Source: Camelus ferus
Taxonomy: Eukaryota
Assembly: GCF_009834535.1 (NCBI RefSeq)
Contig: NC_045696.1
Coordinates: forward strand, 55,802,001-55,866,000
Reading direction: 5' to 3'
DNA: 64,000 bases
The notes under the pieces were generated by a model. That model had not been told where the DNA came from. It worked only from the letters and a program-made list of their open reading frames with translations, and did no database searches. Within the stretch, counting starts at the first letter, position 1; each line of letters starts with the position of its first letter. Both the position numbers and the translations under genes were made by a program. Shown piece after piece: positions 14,001-46,000 of the stretch.

Positions 14001-14290
14001 GGGAGATGCATTTTGAACCCTTCACCACACTTGAACATGAAGCAGCTAATTATATGGCTCAGCCCTAATCAAACGCGCAGGACAGCTGCGGCCTGTCCGC
14101 CCCACCTTTGGCGTTGGTTTACTGCGCGGTGGGTGCCCAGCTTCCCGGCGCCGCCTTCCCAGGGAGACCCGGAGGCCCGGCGGCGCGCGGGGCGGCCCTC
14201 TGCCCACGTGGTGCGGCTCCACGGCCATCTTTGTGCGGGGCTGCGCTTCCGCCCGCGCCGCAGCGGGACTCCGCAGTGGGTCGGCTGGCG

Positions 14291-34260
<19,970 letters not shown>

Positions 34261-37200
34261 TAGTCATCATTGGACTGTAGTCCTCTCCGTGGCAGCGGCT
34301 CTCAGATGTCCTGCAGTCAGAAGCTTACTCTGAGTGTGGTACCTATCCTTGGATACTATTACCAAGTCAAATATCTGATTTTCCTTATCATGCCGAACCA
34401 AGAGCAACTTTCAAGAAAAATCCAAAATATATCTAAATACAGATATGATGCGGCTCAATGCTTTGGCTGAATAAGGACAAGAAATCATGAGATATGGGTT
34501 TTGAACCCAATTCTGCCTTTCAGTTTCTTGGGACTAATCACAGCTTGTGCCTCAGATCATCCACATGTGTATGTCCGTCACTGTGAAACTGAGTGTGTTC
34601 ATGGGATGATGCCCTTTGTCCTGTTGTTTGGAGCAGAAAATCGATTATTTGGAACTAGTACAACTCATCACCGCAATTCTGCAGTTATGCTACACTTGAT
34701 CTGTGTCGCTGTATGTTAATGTAGAAAGCCCTGTAGGGTTTGTGAAAAATACTTGGTGATTATTTCCTGAGAGGTCTAAGGAAGCAGTAGCTGTGCTGTC
34801 AGTGACATAGGATTTCTCTTTGGTAAAGCATAAACTCCTTAGTACTCAGGAGGTTTCTATAAAGCCACATAGAAAGGGGCCAATTTTATGATTAATTATT
34901 GCAATTGGATTTCAAGTTCCCTTTTTGTGCCTTCACACCCTTCTTTATAGTCTGTTTCCAAAAAAGAGATAAAAACCTCTTAATGAATTTAGGAAGTAGT
35001 CCTTACTCTTTAAAGGAACTGTGCATAAAACAGCAACTCTTCCTCATTCTTCACACACCCTTAATATTTTTCCTCCATGAATTGGGAGCCATCCACTCTT
35101 GCAGGTGTCTCAAGGAGTCTTCATATGTGAAATGCTGTTAAGTTAGGAGTTTAGAGCATTCAACTTTAGCACTTAATCTATATAGGAATTATTGGTTTTA
35201 GTGCACATCCATGTGTTGGAGTGCTTCCTTTTCCCTTTCTTCCCTTTTTGAAAAAGCCACGTGGATAGTAGTTTAATCTCTCAGGATGTTCTCCCTAATG
35301 TAGTAAAAAAATGAAGAAAACAATTTAGATTAAAACCCACATAGTCTGATGACTTAGAACAGCCCTTATCCCTTAGGCACAAACTTCACGCAGAGAAATC
35401 AGCTCTTTTCCTTTGCCTCTTAAGAACTCTTTGGTGTTAACTGGTTTTAAAATTAGTAAATGTAAGATTCAGTTATATAAAATCAGGGACTTTCTTCCAT
35501 TTGTGAAATATGTATTTGGCCTTTTAAACTCCCTTTCACAAAATTCTAAGCCTATGGACCTTCTTAGAGGACTTTCTGGTAAGATCATTGCATGGAATAA
35601 GGCAGATGTTTAAAGTTGGATTTTTTATTTGAGTATTAAAAACCCATGGGGACCATGTCCTTTGGTGCTATAAGTCTGGCGATAAGCAGTCTGGATTTCT
35701 GAGTTGTACTGTGGTTTTGCCTTATCAATAGGAGGCCATCGGAGAGATTACCACTCTATTTTAATTTTCTTCTCACTAAACTAGGAGCAAAATTTTCTGT
35801 CCTTTGGATTAGGAGCCGAAGCTGCGTTTACCTGGGAGTGTTTCCCACTTTGCTTCAGGTTCCAGCTCAAGCATCATCTTCTCTCAGAATCCTTGTTTTC
35901 ATTCCTCTTGGCAGTTAGAGGCTATCATAACACTTTGCTCATTATATTTCCTCTATTATATGTCATCACATTGCACTGTATTTGACTGTTTCTCCTGCTA
36001 TTCTGTGAGCTTCTTGATGAGTGAGAATCATGTTTTACTCATCCTGATATCTCCATTGCCCAGCACAGTGCCTCACACAGAATGATGCACAGAAGGATGT
36101 TGGAAGGATAGGTGGATGGATGGATGTGTGGATGGATGAATGGAGACAGTAGGCTTAACTAGATCCTATTTATAGATTGCTCAGCCATTGGCTCCAAGGG
36201 GGACTGGACAAGACTGTAAGAACTGGATCAATGCAAATTCTTACCTGCCCTCTGAAGAATCAATAAGGGCATCTTTTTGTATTTAAATATAGCAAATGTT
36301 ATTCAGATTTTACACTTATCTGTTTACCTCAGTGTAGATGCTGAAGATGGTGTGTAATGATATGTAAAATGTATGGTATTGAAAATAATTTTTATCTCCA
36401 TAACTTGAAGGTGGTGGTTGTTTGTTGTTACACTAGCTGGGTCCCAAACTTACCCTTTCTTCTTCAGCTAAAAGCGACACTTTTCTTTGAGGAAAGAGAA
36501 TAACTGAGTTTATTTAGTGAAGTGGGATACTTGGGTAACACAAGTAATGCTTTTCCGTTCTTTATCTGGGGAGTATAATCTGTGTGATGTTGGCAATGTG
36601 CCACCTTGATGTCAGGTTCTCCTAGGTGCCAAGAACAGAAACCACCTCTAGCTGGTTTAAGCAAAAAGAACTTTTTAGAAGAATGTGAGGGCAGCTCAGA
36701 GAATCTAAACAAATTTTGTAGCAGCTGGAAGGGTAGAAAGCAGGGCGGCTCCAGGAATCTCAATAAAAGTTTGGACTGTCTCTAGTATGTTGCTGTGAGC
36801 AGTTTCAGAGACTGCCGGGCTCTGTCTCACAGCCAAAGATTCCCAAGAGAAAAAAATTTCATGAGTGTCTTTGGGTCAGTTCCAAAGAGGCTAGTTCCCT
36901 ACCCTTCACCCTTGCACTGGCTGTGGACAAGAACATAGACAGATATCTAAAAACCCATCTTTTCATCCATATAAAGATGTCATCACTTAAGATAACCCTA
37001 CAGCATCCAGAGGTAAGATGTGGGTGGAGCAGAAGGGTACAAATTACTCATTTAATATTTATCAAATACTTCTTGAGCATCTACTGTACACAAACAGTAG
37101 GAGAAAAAAAAACGTTTACAACAGGCTCGCTAGCATGAAAGAGCTCTCTATTTGAGATGATAAAGTAAACAACAATAAGAGAGGCTTCATAGGCAGAGGG

Positions 37201-37791
37201 TGATTAAGGAGATAGGAGGCCTTAATCAGAAGTACAATTATTTATAAAGACAATGTGAATTTGAAGGTTAGAGGAAGAAGAAATTTATATCTGGTGCAGA
37301 TGGAAACTTCATGGAGGTGAAAACTGAGTTACACTTTGAGAGATGGGTACATGAAGTGGTCCTTGGAGCTCTCAAAATTCATTCTACCTACCTGTGGTAA
37401 CAGTTTATGACATATATAGTATAATAAAGTGTAATAGATGTAGCAAGGGCAGTACCTGATGAACCTAGCAGGGAAAGGGAACCTTCTAACACCTGGGAGA
37501 AAATTCATGACGAAGGAAGAAGCTATTGGGTTCTATGAGCAGAACTCAGCAAAAGGTCTGAAGGTAGAATAATGGTGGTTCCAGGCACAGTGTGGTGACT
37601 GCACTGAAATTTTTCCCTGATGCCTTTACTTTGGTGGCAAACGCACATCCTGCGGAGGAGTGAGCTGTATGTGAAACAGAGTGGTCCAAGTGAATCACAC
37701 ATCTTTTGGTTTAGTGTTTCTCTGAGCCCCTTCAAAGAAGCAGACCACAGAGGAGGGGAGAGTATTTCCGTTGTGGGAAAAGAAGGTGGCA

Positions 37792-37935
37792 GGGAGGGTA
37801 TAGCTCAAGTGGTAGAGGGTATGCTTAGTATGCACAAGGTCCCGGGTTCAATCCCCAGTACCTGTCTGAAAATGAATAATAAATAAATAGCCTAATTACC
37901 TCCCTCCCCCTGCCAAAAAAAAAAAAAAAAAAAAA
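37792..37935 (+). mobile_element. tRNA-Ala-derived SINE (Vic-1-like)
   Basis: GGGAGGGTATAGCTCAAGTGGTAGAG...CCCGGGTTCAATCCCCAGTACC, then CTAATTACCTCCC and a poly(A) tail. Confidence 0.85.
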
Positions 37936-38250
37936 TTAAAGTAAGCCAGGGGAGTCAGAGGATCATTCAACAACCTATGTGCCAGCCACTGTAGGTAATG
38001 GAGATACAGAAATGAATAGACATAGTCTCTGACCTCAAAGTTAAGCTACTGAGACACAAAGCAAATAGGAAATCGTGATGCAATGTAGTAACTGCTGTAA
38101 TGGGAACTGCCATCTAATCCTGTCTCCCAGACACCATCTTCCTGGCACCGTGACTTACTCAGCTCGTCACTCTATCAGTCACTTCTCTGGGCCTTATGTA
38201 CAGAATTCCAGCTATCAAATTCCAAAACTCTATTTACTGTATCCTACTAC

Positions 38251-38768
38251 TGTTGCAGAAAAAACGTGTTACAGCTCAGTTGTGACAGCAACCTGGATCT
38301 GGGGGAGAGACCAAGCAGCACTTGAAGAGTTGGAAAACTCAGGTTTACTACCCCAGTGGGCCCAGAAGAGTTAACACTCCAAGCTCTGGAACCCTGTCTG
38401 TAGATTTACACAGGCTTTTATAGGCTGCCAGTTTACACTTTGCAACATCATATGCAAATAAGGTATAACAAAAGTTGACTAATTAGGAACAAGCCTAGAA
38501 ATGGACCAATCAGGAGGGAAAGAAATAACCAATCAGGAGTGAGGGAAATGGACCAATCAGGAGTAAGAGAAATAACCAATCAAGAGTGAAGGAAATAACC
38601 AATCAGAAGTGAACTCAGGGAACCAATAGAATTTTAGGGGTAAGTAAGCCGTTTCAAAGGCAAAAAGTGAGATAGAGCTTCTGGGCCAGGTAACTGGATG
38701 GTGCTGGCAGGAGAGTAGTGTCCCTGCCTGAGGATCCTGCCGGTCTGTTTATGGGGCTTCTTGCCTCA
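38251..38768 (-). mobile_element. Solo ERV1-type LTR between POGLUT1 and TIMMDC1
   Basis: TG...CA termini; 4-bp TSD CTAC (38247-38250 / 38769-38772); minus-strand TATAAAAG at 38415-38422; internal CCAAT tandem repeat. Confidence 0.8.
38497..38630. repeat. About 23-24-bp tandem repeat, 6 copies, each with CCAAT
   Basis: CCAAT at 38506, 38529, 38553, 38576, 38599 and 38623 in units like GAAAT(GG/A)ACCAATCAGGAGTGAGG. Confidence 0.9.
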
Positions 38769-39099
38769 CTACAGAATGTAACAATTTTGAATTACACCTA
38801 GAAAGGAATAAAGGATGGGTAGACATTGGCAAAGAGAATGTGACTATGGTTGCTAGCAAACATTAAATGAAATTACACCAACCAGTCTGAGAATATTTTA
38901 AATGCGTGTATTTTGATAGAAACTATCTTGAAGCATGTTTGTAGAGGCTGTTGTGAAGGGAAATTATTGCTGGACTATCAAACAACTGGTAGAATTTCCA
39001 GAAGTCCTGCCTTTTGAGAAACTGTATGCATATGGACTGAGGGAAGTAAAGCTCTTATTGTGAGACGCAGAACTGATTTTTCAAAAGTGTTCTGGAAAT

Positions 39100-40050
39100 C
39101 TCGGGATAAGTGGCACCAAGACGCATCTGCAATGGCCTCGGTCCGTTCTAGACACGAGAATGGACTTCGCCCAGTCCGGGAGGCTTCGCGTGCTGTGGCA
39201 AGGTGGGTTGGGCTTACATTTGCGCAAGTTGCCTTCTCCTTTCCGTTCTCCGCTTGTATTGAATACTGCAGTTTCTAAATCTACAAGAGATTTCTGTTGT
39301 TTTAAACACGCTAAGCTACTTCAGCCTACGAACTACCTCTGGCCTGTGGAAACTGCCTGACCCCAGTCGGCCTGACACAGGATGCCCAGGGAAACGGGGC
39401 CGGAGGCGGGGCCAGACGGCGGTGACCTTAGCTGCTCGCCGCCAACTCACTTCCGGCGGGCGGGCACCGCTAAGGTTCCTCCTGTCCCCTACCGGAAGTG
39501 TTTTCGGCTCTGGCTCCGCCCTCGTTCAGCCCCTTGGCCTTTACCCTTGTTGGGGCGGGACTTCCTGTCTCGTGCGTCCAAGGGCTTCTACAGTGACGAC
39601 CGGCACTGAGGGCAAGTGTGCCTAAGCGGTGTGGCCTCGAACACTACGGCCTAGTGTACGGGAAACCGGCCACTCATTCTTGTAGTTATCCTCTCTCCTC
39701 CCACGGCGCCTCCAGGGGGCTTTGGGGCCCTGAGCGCCCAAGTGTGTGTCTGCCAGCAGGTTGGGAGAGGCCATGGAGGCGCGGCCGCCGGCGCCACAGA
39801 CCTTCATCTACAGGGCGCTGGGTCCTTTCCCTCGGGTCTTTGCTGCTGAAGCCGTGGCTGCCGATTCCAAGGCTGTTGTGGAGGACCAGAAGCTGCCTTC
39901 CTATGTCCAAGAGCCCCATACCCCGGAATCTGGATGGGACCGCCTCCGGGAGCTGTTTGTCAAAGAGTAAAAGTGCCTACGGTCTGTGGGGAGGGATTAC
40001 GAAGGAGGTGACCTGCAACCTGAGTCATCTAAGGCGAAGGACCCCCGGGT
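39100..40050 (+). promoter_or_regulatory. TIMMDC1 CpG-island promoter with ETS/GABP motifs (CACTTCCGG 39448-39456, CCGGAAGTG 39492-39500, ACTTCCTG 39560-39567), GC boxes and a TGACCTT nuclear-receptor half-site (39423-39429)
   Basis: CpG-rich region upstream of and overlapping exon 1; motifs read directly. Confidence 0.8.
39773..39966 (+). CDS. TIMMDC1: TIMMDC1 exon 1 coding part
   Basis: gccATGg strong Kozak; [32 protein letters not shown]...[13 protein letters not shown]; donor AAA GA|gtaaaa; 194 nt. Confidence 0.95.
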
Positions 40051-43000
40051 GGTGTGATTTATTTTTAAATGGGATTAAGGGTTCTATTATTTGTACTCCC
40101 AAGTTTGTATCCTAACATTGCCATTTGGTAGTTTTATGACAGGCCGGTTTTTAGATAGTAAGGGTGAGACTCATTGAAAGTCAGTGCTTTTAGGGATATT
40201 TAGAGAATATAGTCTTAGTGTAATTTCCTGATTTTACAGATTAGAAGAATTGGACCAAGGTACTTAGTGACCCAGGAACCCACGTCTGCAGGACTTCATT
40301 CCATTGTTCTTTTTCATATTTCATTTGATCCCAGATTTTGATGGTTTATGACCAGTAGCCCTCCTCCCCGCTGTTAAAATGGAAGTTGGAGAGATAACAG
40401 AGAGTTGTAAAATGTTTATTCTGCCAATTTTTGAATATATAAAAAAAATAGTAGCAACTGTTGTCTCATCATTTTATGAAAGTAATTAGTTGGATTCACA
40501 GGTAAGGGTGTTTCAGAATAAAGGATAAATAGCCCTTTATATTGAATTAACTTTAATGGAAAACTCAGGATAATTTTATCATTTTTTCATTCATCACTTA
40601 CTGGTGAAGAGGTGGCCCTTTTATTAAGTACTTTACCATATACACACTGTGTTATCAAGTGGTTAAATTAACATTGAAGCTTTATTATGTTGCTGAGATA
40701 GTTGGAGCAAGGTAGCTGGTGGAATTGTATTTAATTACTTTATTTAGGTTTCATCATCTTTATTTTAAAGATGAGGCTGCCTGTCTCATTGGACCGTCTA
40801 AAATTTACTTGAGGTACTTGTGAACAATCCTATGTAGTATAAAACAGAAAAGGGTTATTTTGATTAGTTTTATAAATCACAGAATGTTGGAGCTGAAAGA
40901 AATTTGAAAGATAATTTAATGTAACTTTCATCCTCTCCTGTTATGGGTGAGGAAACCAAGGTTCAGAGCGATTTAATCTGGCTGCAGATCACTTAGCAGT
41001 GGATGACAGAACCACAACCACAACCCCATTGTTGTTACTTACAGTCTAGGTCCTTACCACCACTGTGCCCTGTTTCTTCACCATTCGTTAGCTGTTAGGG
41101 CCCATCTTGTAACTTCTTAGAGCCTCTTGATAAAATGGAGAAAAATGTCACCTATGTCATGGAATTTTTAGAGGATGAAAAAGAGGAAATCATATGCATT
41201 TCCTGGCTTGTTAAATCTTAAGCCTTTACATTTTCTCTTTTCTGAGTTCTACCAGTTTTCATGTAAATGTTGTTTTTGATTATTCATTATAAAAGATAAA
41301 ATACAAAGTTCAAATTGTATCATTTTTTCCTATTGTTATAGAAATTAGCTTCCTAAGAGATTTTATTTAGGTTTCTCTCTTGTATATGCAAGAACTATAA
41401 CAACTCAGTGATTTTGATTTCAGAAATGTCGTGGTTGTTATTGGTAATTAGAATCAGATAAACACTTGTACAATGTCTGAAGAAAGCAAATTGGTAATGT
41501 AAAAAGTTAACATTTAGTAGTTTACTTACACAGGAGGGCCATTGTTCATAATAACCTAACACTTAACAAACTTAGCTGTTTGTTAGAGCAATTTCCAGAG
41601 GATATCTTGAAAGCTCCAGTACAGGGTCTTGTTTCTTACGATTTTGAGAGTAATAGATTGAGTGAAATGGTACCTTTTCCCTATTTTTTTAGGTTGGTCT
41701 CTGCTTCTCATTCAGTGCTCTTTAATTGTATTGTGTAGGCCTATCTGGGCTGACATAAAAATTAAGTATTCAGAAAGGTAACTTTTAGATTTTTTTTTTA
41801 TATCTAGGAATTCATTCTTGCATACATTGTCCTAAAATCTCATAAGTTTGTGTGATTTCCAAAAGTTATCTAAAAATTCAAAAAGGGAAATACTGATCTC
41901 TACATCCAATTCACAAATTCTTTCTGTTTCCAGGGATATAGTAGAGCTGTAATAGTCATCAATTAGAATCACCTTTAAAAAAAAAAACCTTTTTTATTGG
42001 AGTATAGTATGCATCTAGAAAAATGTACATAAGTATACTGGTGGATGGCTTCTGTGTATCCAGCCCCAAGAGACTGTTAACAGCATCCTAGCAGCTCCCC
42101 CTTGTGTCTCTTCCTTGTTACTACCTTCCCAAGAATAACCACTAGCCTAATTTCTGAGAGCATAGATTAGGTTTGGCTGAGATTTGAGCTACTTGTAATG
42201 TAGTTATTTAATTCATCAGAGGATTTAACTGGTTCTGCCCATCATGAAAATTGTGATCCTGTTAGTGTTTGGGATAATTTTGATCTACTGTCTTGGAAGG
42301 TGGTATCCATAAACTAATTGCAAACAACACTGTCTTTTTGATGTTTCAGTGAACAGCAGAGAACTTCAAAAGAACTTCAGGATATTTATAGGGCAGCAAT
42401 TTCAGCAGGTGTCATTGGCTGGGCATATGGGGGGATACCAGCTTTTATTCATGCTAAACAGCTGCTACGTTGAGCAGAGCCAAGCAGAAATTTACCACAA
42501 CCAGCTTGATGCTGTGGTACGTACTGGTATTCTAACAGGGCACACCTCTGTAGCAGTTCACTTTACACTTAATCATCCAGTTAGATGGTAGGGTTGGGAG
42601 GGTTTAGGAAACACACTTTTCTTATCATCAGAATAGATCACCACTATGGCCTTACTGTCTGACACATATTTCTAATCCCCTGCTAAATCATCAGGGTTCA
42701 GCTATAACTTATTTATCCTATTCACGGAGCCTCCATGTAGTACACTAGCTCAATAATTACCTGAAACAATAATTACCACTTAGAGCTTTACACTTTATAG
42801 ACTGCCAACCCATTTGTTATATCTTAGATCTGTACATCAGTTTTGTTGAATTAGTGAGGAACTTACAGCTCAGAATTCTTTGTTTTTTGAGGGTTTTGGT
42901 TTTTTTTTTTTTTTTTTTTTTGAAATTGTGTGAGACTTAAAGGTTGCAGAAGTAGTACCAGTGTTCCTTAGTATCCAAGGGGGATTGGTTCCAGGACTCC

Positions 43001-46000
43001 TGAAAGATACCAAAATCTGCAAATGTTCAAGTTCATTTTATAAAAAGGCACAGTACCATAGCCTTCCTCCCCCCCAACCCCACCCATATCTATGGTTCCA
43101 TATCCTCAGATTCCAAATTGGAGTATACAAAGGGCCACCCGTACAGAGAATTACTGTATACCTTTCAATCAGATTTCCCAAATGTTAACATTTTACCATA
43201 TTTGCTTTCTCATTCTCTCTTTGTATACATCATACTATTTTTTTGTGAACCTCCTTGGGAGTAAGTTATAGACCCGATAAGTGCTTCAGCATGTATTTCC
43301 TAAAAACAAGGACATTTTCATCTCTAACCACAATAAAATTATGCAGAACAGGACATTAAACTGATGGGTGACTATTATCTATGGACTTTATGTAAATTTT
43401 GCTAGTTGTCCTACTAACACAATTTATTTTAAAAGTAAATAAATCTTAAAAATTTTTTTTTCTTGTCCAGCACCTAAAACTAGATCAGATGTTGAATTTG
43501 TCTGTCATGCCTCTCTAGACATTTTCCTTTAATCTAGAATAATTTTTCGGTTGTTCTTTGTTCTTTGTTTCATGACTTTGATTTTTTTTTCTTTTATTTA
43601 TTTTTTTTAAGAATATGGACCATTTATTTTGTATAATGTCTCTCAATTTGGATGTTTGATGTTTTCCTGTGATTAGATTTTACTTACATGTTTCCCAGGA
43701 ATACCCTAGAATTGATGTTGTATTGTCAGTAAGTAAGGGTAAGAAGCACAAGATAGCTAATTGTTCTTGTACTGCTGATGCTTACTGTAGTCACTTAGTT
43801 AAGATGGTCCCTGCCAGATTTATCCTGTAAAATTACTATTTTTTACCTTTGTAGTTAATAAGTATCTAATGAATACTTATTAGATACTTTGAGACTATGG
43901 AATCTCCTATTTTTCATCAGATTTCTACCCTCTATTTTTAGCATTCAATGCTAATTCTTGCCTGGAACAGTTATTACTGTGGTGGTTGCCAGATGGCAAT
44001 TTTCTCTCTTTTTATTTATTTATTTTTAAACATTTTTTTTAATTTATTTTTGGGGAGGTAATATTTATTCATTTTATTCATTTATTATCATCATTTTTTA
44101 TTCAACAGAGGTACTGGGGAACGAACCCATGACCTCGTACATGCTCAGCATGTGCTCTACCACTGAGCTATACCCTCCCCCTAGATGGCCATTTTCTAAT
44201 TCCATCATTCAGTCTACATTTATTGGTTAGTATTCTGCTATAAAGAAGAGCTTTACTTTCCCTCTGTTTATACATTTATCTATTTATAATTTATTCAATG
44301 TGGTCTTATGGATTCTTACTTTATTCTGTAGTTTTATAATCCATTATTATTATCATTTATTTTGATACTCAAATTGGCCTGGAATTGGAGTGTTGGAGCC
44401 CCTTCAGATTAGCTCCTATGTCCTTTCGATATGTCCCTATTATTCTTTGAGCACACCTTTACTTTTTGGCACAGCAAGGTGTTCCTGGCTCATATCTTGC
44501 TTTTCAAGCACCAGCCTTGGAATAAGCCTATTTCACCAAGGAGTTATGGTTTCTTTTAACATGGTATTTAAAAACCAAGATGTGGTAGTGGGTATGTTCA
44601 TTGCTACTAGGGTATCATTGCTTCTAGGCCCTAGGCAGGTAGAGTTAGAAAATGTGTATGTGTATGTGTCTGTGTGTGATTTATACACATTAATGCACAT
44701 ATATGTATCTTTTAATATTTACATACCTATTTGTTAAAAGCCATATGTTTGCACTGATACCTTTCAGAGAGGTTTTGACTTGCCCAATATCCAATACATG
44801 TAGTAGTTAAGACTACTCTTAGGGATTCTATCAGATTCTTTAAAAATCTAGGCTTTACCCTCATGACATTATGACTTGCTTTATGGTGGTCGTGTGAAAA
44901 TGGGCTGTGGAAGCAGACAACCTAACTTCCAGTTCTGGCTTTATTCCTTATTACCTCAGTGATCTTGGTAAGAAACTTCCTCTCTTTGCTTTAGCTAAAC
45001 TAAAACACCTGCTTGAAAAAAAATGTAACGATTAAATGAGGTAATATGTTAAAACTTTTACCTAGAAGGTGATCAGTAAGATCAGTAAAGATTTTTTCTT
45101 CCTCTCTTCCTTTCCTGCACGTATGTATGACTTAATCCTTACCCTTTACTGTTTACTCAGTTCTTCTTTATTTTGTATTTTTCTTTTCCCCACAATTACT
45201 TGAAAAAAAGTATGTCTAATACTGATTTTATGTCTGTTGTGGTGTTTGTTAGAGTCTCAGTTGATAATTGATGGATCACTTGGTTGACATAGGCATTTGT
45301 TAGTTCCTTTTCCACCTCCTGATCGGATGCACATGGTACTTCTGCTTAAGTCTCAGTACTCAAAGAATGATATGTCTAGAGATTTTCTTTTGTTTCTGTC
45401 TGTTTAGGTGTCCCTACCTAATCCATAGCTGACGTTCCTCTGCCACAGTTTTAGAATAAGAAAATATCAAGGTGTCTCAGGACCTCATCGCGTTTTTATT
45501 CACTTTAGCAATCTGCACATCGTGCTGCCACGCGAGGCTTCATCCGGTATGGCTGGCGCTGGAGTTGGAGGACTACCGTGTTTGTGACTATATTCAAGTA
45601 AGTTCTCTGAATTGTGACAGACAGTCTTGGATATTCTTTTAGAAGCACATCTTTTGAGCAAGTGAAATTATGAAAACCGAATGCCCATATGAAAGTGGTT
45701 CATAATACTTTTTTCTCAAGAACTGTTATCTATTTGTGTAAAAGATTGGTCCAGTTGTAGTTTTGCATCCATGGATGGAGGTTTACCAACTAGTATTAAA
45801 ATGGATACAGGGTTGCTAAGTAAGGGGAATTCTGCTGAACTCTTCTTTACATTCTGTTGCTAATTGGCATATTACAGTAACCTGAACCAAAGGAGCCTAG
45901 ACCAGCACCAGGGATTGACATAATAGGCTCTTCTAAACTAATAATAAGTAGCACTTTAGTGAAAGAGTCAAGAAGGTAAATGAAATATGCTTTAAATTTT

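Noticed and set aside
10800..14290. Single bidirectional promoter for TMEM39A and POGLUT1
   Set aside because: There are two separate CpG islands about 3 kb apart, separated by AT-rich, repeat-derived sequence.
38497..38630. Regularly spaced repeat resembling a CRISPR array
   Set aside because: Units are contiguous with no unique spacers, there are no cas genes, and it lies inside a mammalian LTR.
39060..40115. Several 61-165 aa ORFs around TIMMDC1 exon 1, including an in-frame upstream GTG at 39746
   Set aside because: CpG-island artefacts. The ATG at 39773 has a strong Kozak context and matches the known N-terminus.
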